Origin: Candidatus Fokinia solitaria
Lineage (GTDB): Bacteria > Pseudomonadota > Alphaproteobacteria > Rickettsiales > Midichloriaceae
Reading direction: 5' to 3'
Length of the DNA stretch: 32,000 nucleotides
Assembly (NCBI RefSeq): GCF_003072485.1
Contig: NZ_CP025989.1
Coordinates: 60,001 to 92,000, forward strand
Positions 8,640 through 18,660 of the stretch are shown one piece after another. Position 1 is the stretch's first letter; every line of letters begins with the position of its first letter. Both the position numbers and the translations under genes were made by a program. The notes beneath the pieces are model-generated. The model was not told the origin of the DNA. It ran no database searches and saw only the letters and a program-made list of their open reading frames with translations.

Positions 8640-9323
8640 TTACAGACAAAAAGCGGAAATTTTTAATAACACAAACGCTGCTAGAAATTCCACGATCTCC
8701 TCTATACTTGCAACTTCTGAATCTACTACAATCGCATCCTCGCTTACAGATAACGGATCGAGAATTCTCATTACATCACCTGTATCTCTATCCTTTACTT
8801 GCCGCAATATCGACTCATGTATAGAAGAGAATTTTGAATTTTTCAACTGTTTTACTCTTCTTTTAGCTCTCTCTGAAATAGATGCTGTGATGAAAATTTT
8901 ACATAAACAACTATTTCCTGCTACCAATGCTGCGTCTCTTCCTTCCAGAAGAAGAAATTTATAGCGATGTTTATACATCGCAATCATATCAAGTTGTACC
9001 TGTGTCGCTAACTTTCTGATTGAAGAGTATGCGGCAATCTTGGAAGTGATACTAGATATATTTGGCGTATAAAGCAGTGCATCAGATACTTCAGAGAGGT
9101 GATGAACGATATCATGTGTAACTTCTGCTGCTAAATTATTACACTCTGCTTCAAAAGCGATATCCGATAAATGCTCTACCTCTACTTTTTCGCAAAGGAG
9201 AACTGCTAACTTTCTATATATGCTGCCAGAGTTTATATGATATCCGTCCAGCTTTTTTGCTAGTGCTGAAGTGATGGTACCTTTTCCAGATGCGGCAGGG
9301 CCATCGATTGCTATAATATTCAT
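8640..9323 (-). CDS. cmk: Cytidylate kinase
   Basis: 227 aa with N-terminal P-loop MNIIAIDGPAASGKGT. It also carries the ..GRD.. and RRVKQL.. motifs of CMP kinase, and is upstream of and co-oriented with rpsA. Confidence 0.9.
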   Translation of the reverse strand: MNIIAIDGPAASGKGTITSALAKKLDGYHINSGSIYRKLAVLLCEKVEVEHLSDIAFEAECNNLAAEVTHDIVHHLSEVSDALLYTPNISSITSKIAAYSSIRKLATQVQLDMIAMYKHRYKFLLLEGRDAALVAGNSCLCKIFITASISERAKRRVKQLKNSKFSSIHESILRQVKDRDTGDVMRILDPLSVSEDAIVVDSEVASIEEIVEFLAAFVLLKISAFCL

Positions 9324-9488
9324 TAAATATCACTCTATGTTTATAATCATTGTGATGATATAAATCTCGATAAAATATGCTAGTAAGGAAACTAGTTACA
9401 TGCTATATCGAAGTTATTAGAGATTTAATTTAGCTACGATAACTGTGCAATAGTTTATTGCGCAAGTATATGATGAAGACTTATCGTT

Positions 9489-11018
9489 ATGAATCACAAA
9501 AAAGTATTTATACTTGGTTTTTCTATTACAGGATGCGCGATACTGAAGCATGTATTGTGTTATTTTTGTGATGTGACGCGTATATTCTGTGTAGATGATC
9601 TAATATCTGAAGAAGAATTTGTCGCGAGGACATCGTTAGATTGTGACGATGAGAGGATTATTTTTACAAATTCAATACAAGCCTCTCGTGTTATAGAAAA
9701 CATGAAACAGCATGAAACAAAAGATGTGATTGTTTTTTGCAGCCCAGGAATACCGATGGATAATACTTTAGTAGTGACATGTAAAGCATGTAACATTGCT
9801 TTATCATGTGATTTTGATCTGCTATATACGGCTTTACTTCGGCACGGTATCAGTTTTCATGATGGAAATGATATTGCGATATTTATTACTGGTACAGTAG
9901 GAAAATCTACCACTTCTTTTGGATTAGCATCAGAATTGAGAAAGATGGAAAATGAAAATCTTGCTGTAATACTGTCCGGGAATATTGGTATACCTGTTTT
10001 ATCGGTATATGAAAATATTATTGCAGCAAAAAGAGAAAGGAAAAGAGTAGTATGTATCTTTGAATTATCTTCCGCACAACTTGAGCTATTGAATGAATTT
10101 AGTCCAACAATCAGTATTTGTCTTACAGTTTGTGTAGATCATTTAGATCGGTATAACTCGATAGAAGAGTATCTATATTATAAAAGTAAGATATTTTGCC
10201 ATCGAAAGCATGAACCAATCTATAATGTATTGTGTATAGATTCAGAATACTCTCAGCATATTCTAGATAACGTCAGAAAATTCCATAATCTTGAGAGTAC
10301 TGCCGTAAGCTATGTAGATAGAGCGAATGAGTGGTACGCGCTTGGTGCAGTGTGTGAAAAAAGAGAGTTTATACCATTTTCCACGAGAGATATTGCCAAT
10401 GGAGTCAGCTTTTCTGAGGGAGTATTAAGTATGAGATATAAGGAGAAAAACCGCTGCGCATTTCAAATTGAATCAACGGCCGCCATACCGAAAGAAAATA
10501 TTGGCGTTATAGCGCTTCTGACATTTCTGATTACTAATACACCTCCTACTGCACAGATAGATTTGCAAACTTTGCCGCATTGCTTGGAGCAATGTTATCC
10601 CAAGAGTAAGAAATATGAAGTGGTAAAGTTTATCAATAATAGCAAAGCCACAAAGCAAGCCGCAGTGGAATATTCGTTATCTTTGTATAAGAATGTATTG
10701 TTAATTGTAGGAGGAAAATCTAAGGGAGAGAAATTAATCGAAATTCTTACGAAATTTCACAATATTAAGGCAATTTTCCTAATAGGAGAAACTACTGATA
10801 GATTTGCGTATGAAATAGAAATATCAAATGCGTCATTGCAGTATTACAGATGCTACACATTAGATATAGCAATGAGGAGTATAAAGAATGTTCTTGACGA
10901 AGGTATTGCGCAACCTTATACCGTGCTACTATCGCCGATGTGCAGTTCACTCGATCAATGGAAGAACTTTCAAGAAAGAGGTACTTTTTTCAAAAATTTC
11001 ATAATTGATCATTATTGA
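9489..11018 (+). CDS. murD: UDP-N-acetylmuramoylalanine--D-glutamate ligase (divergent MurD)
   Basis: 509 aa. The Mur-ligase P-loop is ITGTVGKSTTS. The C-terminal region LLSPMCSSLDQWKNFQERGTFFKNFI resembles the MurD terminus (SPACASFDQFKNFEERG). The N-terminal Rossmann-like segment is VFILGFSITG. Confidence 0.75.
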   Translation: MNHKKVFILGFSITGCAILKHVLCYFCDVTRIFCVDDLISEEEFVARTSLDCDDERIIFTNSIQASRVIENMKQHETKDVIVFCSPGIPMDNTLVVTCKACNIALSCDFDLLYTALLRHGISFHDGNDIAIFITGTVGKSTTSFGLASELRKMENENLAVILSGNIGIPVLSVYENIIAAKRERKRVVCIFELSSAQLELLNEFSPTISICLTVCVDHLDRYNSIEEYLYYKSKIFCHRKHEPIYNVLCIDSEYSQHILDNVRKFHNLESTAVSYVDRANEWYALGAVCEKREFIPFSTRDIANGVSFSEGVLSMRYKEKNRCAFQIESTAAIPKENIGVIALLTFLITNTPPTAQIDLQTLPHCLEQCYPKSKKYEVVKFINNSKATKQAAVEYSLSLYKNVLLIVGGKSKGEKLIEILTKFHNIKAIFLIGETTDRFAYEIEISNASLQYYRCYTLDIAMRSIKNVLDEGIAQPYTVLLSPMCSSLDQWKNFQERGTFFKNFIIDHY

Positions 11019-11065
11019 TTTATGCACTAGAATCAAAAACAGATGGTGCGATTGCCTCATGAAGT

Positions 11066-11827
11066 GTGATTTCTTATCGTTTACTGCTGTGTACACTGTT
11101 TGTTCTCGTAGCGTGGTGCACTGCTGCTGCTGAGGTACAGAATGATAAGTTTATATTTTCAATATATGGCGCTGCTTCTAATAGTACTGCAGTCGACGTG
11201 ACTTATACTAAGGATAGCGCCGCAAAGTTTTCTAATATTTCTTCCGGATTATCTCCACGTATTGGTGTGCAGATTGGAGGCCTTCTTTGTAAGAGAGGTC
11301 ATATTGGTATTGATGCATCATATGCACGTAGTCTCTATGCTAATTCTGAATTTTCGATATCTCAGAACTCGATCGCGATAGCAGGGTATGGTACAGGTTA
11401 TTTTCCTCTAAAGAGTGAGTACTATCTCCTATTAGGTGGTTTTTACGGTTTTGAATATAGTATTTTCGAGCAGCAGGATAATGGCTTTTGGAATGATACA
11501 ATTGCTTTGCAATTCGGAGGAGGAAAAACATTTAATAAGATAAGAATAGAATTTTTTATCAATGCTAGAGGTATAAGTTACGACAATGTGGTATTTATAC
11601 CGCAGAAGTTGAATAATAATTTGGCTCAAGACAGTATTGTGATGCCAGAATCAGCGGCACGTGTAAGTGATATCACAAAGTATGATGCAAGTACAAATGT
11701 CGTTCACAATAAACCAACTTTATATCTGTTACTCAATCAAGAAGAGACAAAGAACACTAGTATCACCGATTTACGTCCAAGTAATAGTGCGATAGAATAC
11801 GGATTGCGTCTAAGCACTACTTTTTGA
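11066..11827 (+). CDS. Putative outer-membrane beta-barrel protein
   Basis: 253 aa with a GTG start. The signal peptide is MISYRLLLCTLFVLVAWCTAAAEV. It has alternating beta-strand-like segments and a C-terminal ...YGLRLSTTF ending in Phe, the classical OMP C-terminal signature. Confidence 0.55.
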   Translation: MISYRLLLCTLFVLVAWCTAAAEVQNDKFIFSIYGAASNSTAVDVTYTKDSAAKFSNISSGLSPRIGVQIGGLLCKRGHIGIDASYARSLYANSEFSISQNSIAIAGYGTGYFPLKSEYYLLLGGFYGFEYSIFEQQDNGFWNDTIALQFGGGKTFNKIRIEFFINARGISYDNVVFIPQKLNNNLAQDSIVMPESAARVSDITKYDASTNVVHNKPTLYLLLNQEETKNTSITDLRPSNSAIEYGLRLSTTF

Positions 11828-11831
11828 TTGT

Positions 11832-12242
11832 ATGAAATTTCAGCGTATTTTCTCTAACAAGTATGGAAAATTCGGAGAGGAACTTGTGAGTGAAATGTTG
11901 TCAAAAAAGAATCATATGAGGATTGCGAGCAGATATAAGACTCCCTACGGAGAGATCGATATTATCACTGCGTATGGTGAAAATTTAGTTTTCAGCGAGG
12001 TAAAAGCACGCAATTTTCATAAAAGTGCGTTCAATGTATGTGATCGTGCAATTACTAATCACATATCATTTGATGAATTTGAAAAGATTTTTTCTGAAAG
12101 GCAAATGCAGAGGATAATAAATGCGGCAAGTTTCTTTAACGCTGAAAATCAACAATTTTCGAACTATAATCAGAGATTTGACTTATATATCATAAGAGGA
12201 AAAGAAATAATTGAGTACTTTGAAAATATATCAATGCGATAA
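11832..12242 (+). CDS. YraN family (UPF0102) endonuclease-like protein
   Basis: 136 aa. GEELVSEML..KNHMRIASRYKTPYGEIDIITAYGENLVFSEVKAR matches the YraN/UPF0102 core (GEiDli...lvFvEVKtR). Confidence 0.7.
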   Translation: MKFQRIFSNKYGKFGEELVSEMLSKKNHMRIASRYKTPYGEIDIITAYGENLVFSEVKARNFHKSAFNVCDRAITNHISFDEFEKIFSERQMQRIINAASFFNAENQQFSNYNQRFDLYIIRGKEIIEYFENISMR

Positions 12243-12247
12243 CTTCT

Positions 12248-12460
12248 TTACTTGAGCGAGTCATAAATAATGCTTCCCCTATAATATGTGGATTTAGGAG
12301 TGTCGTTTCTCGTTTCATTGACTGTTAGAGACTCACATTTTAGACGCGAGCTGATAACATGGTCTCCATCTCCACGAGAGAGAATACTCCAAGATCTATA
12401 TGTAAAAAGGCAAAATACTATGACAGAAGCTAGTAAAATTGCCTTTCTTAGATAAAACAT
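12248..12460 (-). CDS. Small hypothetical membrane or secreted protein
   Basis: 70-aa ORF starting 5 nt after the htpG stop on the same strand. The N-terminus is hydrophobic (AILLASVIVFCLFTY). No recognisable family. Confidence 0.3.
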   Translation of the reverse strand: MFYLRKAILLASVIVFCLFTYRSWSILSRGDGDHVISSRLKCESLTVNETRNDTPKSTYYRGSIIYDSLK

Positions 12461-12465
12461 ATGAT

Positions 12466-14349
12466 TTATTTAAACATGTTATCTAACATTGTTTCGTATA
12501 AAAATTTCGTAAATTTATGCGGAGTTTGTATTGGCTCATCTTGCATCAAGCATGCGCATGTAAATAGTGCTTCAATCATATCATTAAGCTTTTCAACATT
12601 CTCATTTCTTTTCAATCTTATTACCATTTCATCTATTAATGGATGCGATTGATTGATTTCTAATACCTTTGTAGATCGTTTTGATAATTGCCCTTGTTCA
12701 ATTAAAAGCTTCTCTACTTTAGAATTCATTCCTCCTTTTGGAATAGATAGACATACTGGACTTTCTTCTAGTTTTTGCGATATCACAACGTCTTTCACTC
12801 TTTCTTTCAATACCTCCTTCATGTGATCTGCTAATTTTTGCACATCTACTTTAGCTTCGAGATGTTCTTTAGTAGTGTCATCTTGCTTATTATCGAGTGA
12901 TATATCTGCGTTCAATACCGATTGAAAATTTTTCTCTTGGTATGATGATACAACAGTTGTCCAGAAGTCATCTACAGCATTAGTTAATAGTAGCACTTCT
13001 ATATCCTTTTTCTTGAATGATTCAAGCTGCGGATTTTGCATTAATTCTTCGAGATTTTTCCCTGTGATATAGAAGATTTCCTTTTGATCCTCTTTCATAT
13101 TGCGTATGTATTCATCCAACGATATAAGCGTGTGCGGAGATTTTGTCGTATAGAATCTGCTAATTGCTAAGATAGCATTTCTTTCACTCTCTAGCATATA
13201 TTGTTCACACAAGCCTTCTTTTATTATTTCTCCAAATAAATTCCAGAATTTTTGACCTTTTTCTTCTTCCATCATCATTTTGCTGATTTCTTCTAGTGAC
13301 TTCTTAACAACAGCGCGTGATATTTTTGTGCACTCATCATTTAATTGAATCGATTCACGATTTATGTTCAACGGTAAACTTTCTGTATCTATTATACCGC
13401 ATAAGAATCTGAGATACGGAGGTATGATGCTAAGTTCGCGATCGCCGATAAAGACTCTTTTGACATACAATTTTACTCCTTTTGCTTTTCTTTCATGATC
13501 GAATAAATTAAAAGGCTTTATACTTGGTACGAATATCAGCGCTTTATATTCTACTCCGCCTTCAGCAGTCCAATGTATGGTACTCATAGGAGCATCCGGA
13601 AGGTAAGAAAGTTTTTTGTAAAATTCATTATATTCTTCTTCAGAGATTGTCTTTTTATCTCTTAGCCATAGCGCTATACCACTATTTACTGGAGTTTTTT
13701 GATCTGCGGAGACGTAGTATATTTTGAAAGGAATGTGTTCAGAGTAAGTTCTGATTATGTCTGTAAACTTGTACTCGTTTAAAGCTGCTGCTGCCTCACT
13801 TTTCAGTTTCAATCTTACTACCGTACCGTGCTTTTTAGTTTCGTCACTCTTTTCTATTGTAAATTCTTCTACTCCGTCCGACTTCCAGATAAAAGTTTCA
13901 TTACTGCCGAATTTTGTAGATATTACGGTTACTTCATCAGCTATCATAAAGCTAGCATAGAATCCTACTCCAAACTGACCAATTTGACCGTTTGCTATTT
14001 CTTTGGAATGTTCTTGTATAAACTTTTGAGTACCAGATCTCGCCACTATACCTAAATTTTGCTCCATTTCTTCCGCTGTCATACCGATACCATTATCGGA
14101 TATTTCTACAATGCCATCTTTCTCATCAAATTTAACCGTTATTTCATATTCTTCCTTTACTGAGTCGATATCTGTACTTTGTTCGCCGGATTGTAAAGTG
14201 TACCTCAATTTGTCACATGCATCTGATGCATTGGAGATCAGCTCACGAATTGCAACATAATCGCCTTGTTTTGTATAAACTGAATGTATCATCATGTGGA
14301 GAAGCTTGGTAGCTTCTGCGCCAAATTTAGATTTTTTAATTGTCGACAT
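12466..14349 (-). CDS. htpG: Molecular chaperone HtpG (Hsp90)
   Basis: 627 aa. LLHMMIHSVYTKQGDYVAIRELISNASDACDKLRY, ISDNGIGMT and IGQFGVGFYASFMIADEV are canonical Hsp90 GHKL motifs. Confidence 0.95.
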   Translation of the reverse strand: MSTIKKSKFGAEATKLLHMMIHSVYTKQGDYVAIRELISNASDACDKLRYTLQSGEQSTDIDSVKEEYEITVKFDEKDGIVEISDNGIGMTAEEMEQNLGIVARSGTQKFIQEHSKEIANGQIGQFGVGFYASFMIADEVTVISTKFGSNETFIWKSDGVEEFTIEKSDETKKHGTVVRLKLKSEAAAALNEYKFTDIIRTYSEHIPFKIYYVSADQKTPVNSGIALWLRDKKTISEEEYNEFYKKLSYLPDAPMSTIHWTAEGGVEYKALIFVPSIKPFNLFDHERKAKGVKLYVKRVFIGDRELSIIPPYLRFLCGIIDTESLPLNINRESIQLNDECTKISRAVVKKSLEEISKMMMEEEKGQKFWNLFGEIIKEGLCEQYMLESERNAILAISRFYTTKSPHTLISLDEYIRNMKEDQKEIFYITGKNLEELMQNPQLESFKKKDIEVLLLTNAVDDFWTTVVSSYQEKNFQSVLNADISLDNKQDDTTKEHLEAKVDVQKLADHMKEVLKERVKDVVISQKLEESPVCLSIPKGGMNSKVEKLLIEQGQLSKRSTKVLEINQSHPLIDEMVIRLKRNENVEKLNDMIEALFTCACLMQDEPIQTPHKFTKFLYETMLDNMFK

Positions 14350-14403
14350 GTTAGTGAAAAAAAACTTTCTATTTCATACCAGTAGAATATCTATGTCTAA
14401 ATC

Positions 14404-15438
14404 TTAAAAATCCAAATTTTTATCTGTAGAATGCAATAATTCTTTGAGTAGCATAAGTAAAAATGACGCTAGAGGTATTGCGAGTAGTATGCCTAATATA
14501 TTGCCGAATTTTGCGAATACGAGAACGGAAAATATAGTAATAATTGGATGTAATCCGAGTTTCGTCCCTATTACGTTTCTTAAGAAGATGAAATTTAGAA
14601 CAGAATATCCAGTGAAGAAGAGTAGTAATCCTAAGATTTTAATTCCAATTCCGAATTTAGCTATAGCGACTATAAAGATGCAAGAATACATGAGAATACC
14701 TCCGATATATGGAATATAATTAGAAATCGCTGCTACAATCGACAATTTTAATGCGCTGTCGATACCGAAAATGCAAAGCGCTGCATACGTAGCAGAGCCA
14801 TGAATAAAGGATAAAGTAGTATATAAGGAGAAATATTTTATTAAGATTCCGCGTCCGTTATCTCCGATTTTTTTGAGTAGAATAATTTTTTGCGGAGAGA
14901 ATATCTTTGATGTTAGCAATCTGTACGTATTTGCCTCTTTCATGGCGTAGTATGACGTAAACGGCACTATACAGATAAATAGTCCGAATGATATAGCATT
15001 GAGCCAGGATATCTGAAATACATCATATATAAGCTTTGTATAATGTCCTATATTGAGATTTGACATCACTTTATCAATGTACATGCCGTCCGCTGTCATG
15101 GCAGTGCTTTCAATAATTGATTTGATATCATCAAGGTACGATGTAAAATATGCATCTTTATTGCTGACTGCATTATGTATTATGCTGATACCTGCCATTA
15201 TCCCCCAGATGATTATTGCCCAGAAAAGCAGCACTATAATCGTGCTTAGTGCAGCCGATATTAGCGCTGCTATGTTTTTATTGCGCAGCCGCTTTGCTAA
15301 CGGCAAATAAAATGGAAGAGTGATGTATCCGAGTGCGCCTCCATATATGAAAGGTTTTGTTATGTCATTCATGAGACTTATGCATATAATTAACATTATA
15401 ACAATGAGATATATACTTTCTTTCTGTTTGATGCTCAT
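14404..15438 (-). CDS. AI-2E family transporter (PerM-like permease)
   Basis: 344-aa polytopic membrane protein with about 7-8 hydrophobic segments. The ...NYIPYIGGIL... motif is typical of the UPF0118/AI-2E family. Confidence 0.7.
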   Translation of the reverse strand: MSIKQKESIYLIVIMLIICISLMNDITKPFIYGGALGYITLPFYLPLAKRLRNKNIAALISAALSTIIVLLFWAIIIWGIMAGISIIHNAVSNKDAYFTSYLDDIKSIIESTAMTADGMYIDKVMSNLNIGHYTKLIYDVFQISWLNAISFGLFICIVPFTSYYAMKEANTYRLLTSKIFSPQKIILLKKIGDNGRGILIKYFSLYTTLSFIHGSATYAALCIFGIDSALKLSIVAAISNYIPYIGGILMYSCIFIVAIAKFGIGIKILGLLLFFTGYSVLNFIFLRNVIGTKLGLHPIITIFSVLVFAKFGNILGILLAIPLASFLLMLLKELLHSTDKNLDF

Positions 15439-15516
15439 ATCTTGACTTCTGAATCCTCATTTTATACCTTCAGCACGATATTAACGAGTTATCATGCATG
15501 GTTATTTATAAATAAT

Positions 15517-16242
15517 ATGAAATATTCTACTGTCATTGCCAAATGTTTTTTGTGTTGCTTTCTTGTTTTTAAAAGTGTTTTCGCTTTAGGAGTAGAGGAA
15601 TTGAGAATAGGAACAGAAGGTATGTATCCTCCATTTGAGTTCTATAAGAATGGAGAAATTACAGGATTTGACATAGAGCTAGCGAAGTTGATTGCGCAAC
15701 AACTCGAAATGAAGTGCGTATTCGTGGATATGGCTTTCAGTAGTCTCTTTCCCGCTGTAAATGTAGGAAAAATCGATATGGCAATTGCTACAATAACAGC
15801 TTCAGCAGCAAAAAGAAAAAACTTCGCATTTTCTGATTCTTATCATAAGGATGAAATAGGCATGCTGTATATCAGTGATAAAATAAGCAAAAAAGAAGAT
15901 CTATCAGGAAAGATTATAGGAGTGCAATTCGGTAGTACTGCTAATGTCGCATGGGTTAACGAGAACTGTAAAGATACAAAGATAATCTATATGGATAATA
16001 GCAATATGTTGGTAGAAGCACTGCAAGCTAAACGTCTTGACGCTGTGATTGTTGATGCGCCGCAAGCAAAGTATTTTGCTAAAAATAATAAGCTGAAATG
16101 GAAGCTTTTAGGTACTTTATCTGACGGTTATAGGATAGTAATGAAAAAGGATTCGAAATTACTTCCTAGAGTGAATGATGCATTAAAGACACTTATTAGT
16201 AGTGGAGCAGTCGATAAACTCAAGAAGAAATGGGAATTATAG
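15517..16242 (+). CDS. Amino-acid ABC transporter substrate-binding protein (family 3 SBP, GlnH/ArtJ-like)
   Basis: The ORF track begins at a TTG (15442). The ATG at 15517 gives a clean signal peptide, MKYSTVIAKCFLCCFLVFKSVFALG. The mature part reads LRIGTEGMYPPFEFYKNGEITGFDIELAKLIAQ..., typical of polar amino-acid SBPs. No cognate permease or ATPase is adjacent. Confidence 0.8.
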   Translation: MKYSTVIAKCFLCCFLVFKSVFALGVEELRIGTEGMYPPFEFYKNGEITGFDIELAKLIAQQLEMKCVFVDMAFSSLFPAVNVGKIDMAIATITASAAKRKNFAFSDSYHKDEIGMLYISDKISKKEDLSGKIIGVQFGSTANVAWVNENCKDTKIIYMDNSNMLVEALQAKRLDAVIVDAPQAKYFAKNNKLKWKLLGTLSDGYRIVMKKDSKLLPRVNDALKTLISSGAVDKLKKKWEL

Positions 16243-16497
16243 TATTTTTCATTATCTGTATCATGTCCGTTGAGAAAAGTTTCATGAGATGATTGTCGAG
16301 TGCTTGTATCCTGTTGGATTAACTGCTTGAAAAGCACTTCAAGTTCTTATGAGAAGCGCTATAAATACTAATGCTGATATTTGCCTCTTAGAGAAAAAGA
16401 TTCAATTCACTCACTCTTCAGAGAATTAATATCATAAGAGAGGAAGGCTCATTCTGTAGAACTGACAGCTGATATCAAGCAATATTTGATAATTTAT

Positions 16498-16519
16498 TTA
16501 AGCACTTATTGGTGCTTAA
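16498..16519. terminator. Stem-loop between convergent genes
   Basis: ttaagcac (16498-16505) and gtgcttaa (16512-16519) form an 8-bp perfect stem with a 6-nt loop. It lies in the 465-bp gap between the convergent SBP and ABC exporter genes. There is no strong T-tract. Confidence 0.3.
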
Positions 16520-16707
16520 TTCGCCAACAATCAAAATGAAATACAATACTTCACTCCCTACGCCCTGTATAAAGAAGCTTTGTTCACGGGCAAATCCTCG
16601 CTTAAATTTGTTCGATGTAAAAACGTTAAGACGTACTGCATATTCGTACTAAAGCGAATGAAATGAAGAGTGATATCGATTCACTATAGTATTCAGCTAC
16701 TGACGCA

Positions 16708-18546
16708 TCATACTTTTGATACTCCTCCTCTTGAGTAGTACATTTCCCACAAATAGGAATAATGTCCGTTCTTAGCCATTAGTTGCTCGTGTGTACCATC
16801 TTCAACAATTTTCCCTTCATTAAAAACGAGTATCCGATCTATATGCTGCAGTGTGGAAAGTTTATGCGCTATCATAATAACGGTTTTATTTTTCATTAAC
16901 ATTTTCAATGCTTCTTGAATTTTCTTATCGGTGGTAGAATCAAGTGACGATGTGCATTCGTCCATAATTAGTATTGGCGCATTTTGTATCAGCGTTCTTG
17001 CTATGCCTATTCTCTGTTTTTGCCCTCCAGAGATGGAAAATCCTTTCTCTCCGATTATTGTATCATAGCCGTTTTCCAAAGAGGTGATGAATTCATGACA
17101 TTGGCTTAATTTAGCACTTTCTTCCACTTTATCGAATGGTATGTTGTGATTACAATACGCTATGTTATCGCGAATACTTCTGTTAAATAACATCACTTCT
17201 TGCGGCATTATGCTGATTAATTGACTTAGCTCTCTAGGAGAGTACTCTTCGATTTTTTTACTTCCTATTAAAAGTTCTCCACCATGTTTCTTGTAAAATC
17301 CGATAATGAGATTTACGAAGCTTGTTTTACCACTGCCAGAAGTACCTACTAATCCTACTCTTTCTCCTTGTTTGATGACTACAGATAAATCGGAAAATAG
17401 CACTTTGCTGTCATGATACCCGAATGTGACCTTATCGAATACCAAAGTATGATCGCTTTGATGCTGATGAGATATATCATCTTCTTGAGAGAGAAATTCT
17501 TCATGAGTACTATATAAGACTACATGTTCTACTAGTACATCTTCGCGTACATTTTCCGTTACGACATTAATACTCTGTTTTGCACGTCCAGCTTCCAAAA
17601 GAGTATAAGTGATTTCATCTGCAACAAACCACATTGTACTCATTATATTCATGCTATTTTGCACGATGAAGATTACATCTCCTGTCGATATTATATCTGC
17701 TGTCCACATTTTCGCAGCTACAAAAAAGAGGAAACTTACGCTAATAATGCTGATGCTTCCTAAGCATAGTTTGACTAGTTCTATATTAATCAACGAATAT
17801 CTGCTTGCTCTCATTTCATCTCCTTGTATTTTGCTTATATATCTCATTTCATGATGTTGTTTTGAGAGAGCTCTGATTATGAAATTATTCATTATTGTAT
17901 CTAGAATAGCAGCTTGTACTCTGCTGCGTTTCTGTGATGCAGTTTGCGTTAGTCTTACGGAGCGCTTAGAAAGTACCACCATTACTACAATGTATATTGA
18001 AAGCCATGCGATAAACATGGACGATAGTATTGGATGTACGTCGAATAAAAACAGCGATGACAATATGATCGAGATGATAACGGGGATAAATAAGTTTGTT
18101 ATGTTATCAAAGATCATGTAAAGGCTGCGCGGTAAGTCATCTATCCGATAACTGAATGCATTCAATTTTTGCCTGTCAAGAAAATGTTCGTGCTCATGCT
18201 TCAGTACGCTTTTAAGGCATGATAATCTGATATCTGCTTCGAATTTTGGAATAAAATGAGATGATGTGAGACCTTTTGTTCTGCTAATTGCTTCTAGTAT
18301 GATCCAAAAACCTATACCTACACCTAAACTTTGGAAAAAAATACGCGTATCGTGTGTTTTATCAGAAATATCATTTAATATATCAACTAATTTTCCTGTG
18401 ATGTACGGTAATACGACATTGTGAGATAAATTACACAATATGCCAGTGCTTAATATAAGAAATGCACTAAGAAAATGTCGTCTGAGAAAGAACTGCAAAA
18501 ATCCGAATACGGTTTTTGGAAGTGGAATATTATTACGTGTAGTCAT
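16708..18546 (-). CDS. ABC exporter, fused permease/ATPase (MsbA / multidrug-type)
   Basis: 612 aa. The N-terminal domain is a 6-TM type. The NBD has Walker A GTSGSGKTS, signature ISGGQKQR and Walker B ILIMDECTSSLD. Confidence 0.85.
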   Translation of the reverse strand: MTTRNNIPLPKTVFGFLQFFLRRHFLSAFLILSTGILCNLSHNVVLPYITGKLVDILNDISDKTHDTRIFFQSLGVGIGFWIILEAISRTKGLTSSHFIPKFEADIRLSCLKSVLKHEHEHFLDRQKLNAFSYRIDDLPRSLYMIFDNITNLFIPVIISIILSSLFLFDVHPILSSMFIAWLSIYIVVMVVLSKRSVRLTQTASQKRSRVQAAILDTIMNNFIIRALSKQHHEMRYISKIQGDEMRASRYSLINIELVKLCLGSISIISVSFLFFVAAKMWTADIISTGDVIFIVQNSMNIMSTMWFVADEITYTLLEAGRAKQSINVVTENVREDVLVEHVVLYSTHEEFLSQEDDISHQHQSDHTLVFDKVTFGYHDSKVLFSDLSVVIKQGERVGLVGTSGSGKTSFVNLIIGFYKKHGGELLIGSKKIEEYSPRELSQLISIMPQEVMLFNRSIRDNIAYCNHNIPFDKVEESAKLSQCHEFITSLENGYDTIIGEKGFSISGGQKQRIGIARTLIQNAPILIMDECTSSLDSTTDKKIQEALKMLMKNKTVIMIAHKLSTLQHIDRILVFNEGKIVEDGTHEQLMAKNGHYSYLWEMYYSRGGVSKV

Positions 18547-18660
18547 TCACATACTCTACTATGTATGATCATAAAAAGCTCCTTGGATGCAGAGTGCCAA
18601 GTGTATATTATAAATTTAAACAGCGAAAGCTGAATTCTCTATAGAAATTTTGTTTCAAAT

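Noticed and set aside
8572-8964. Plus-strand ORFs 8572-8964 and 8624-8824 lie antisense to rpsA and cmk. Other internal antisense ORFs include 1494-1850, 7414-7626, 13757-14055, 14444-14719, 17609-18121 and 26758-27159.
   Set aside because: All lie wholly inside well-supported conserved genes on the opposite strand and have low-complexity or serine/leucine-rich translations typical of antisense frames.
16430-16470. The sequence agaggaaggctc...gtagaactgacagc superficially recalls the RNase P RNA P4 strand (GAGGAAAGUCC).
   Set aside because: The match to the conserved core is poor. The other universally conserved RNase P segments (for example ACAGAAnCCGGCUUA) are absent from the 465-bp region.
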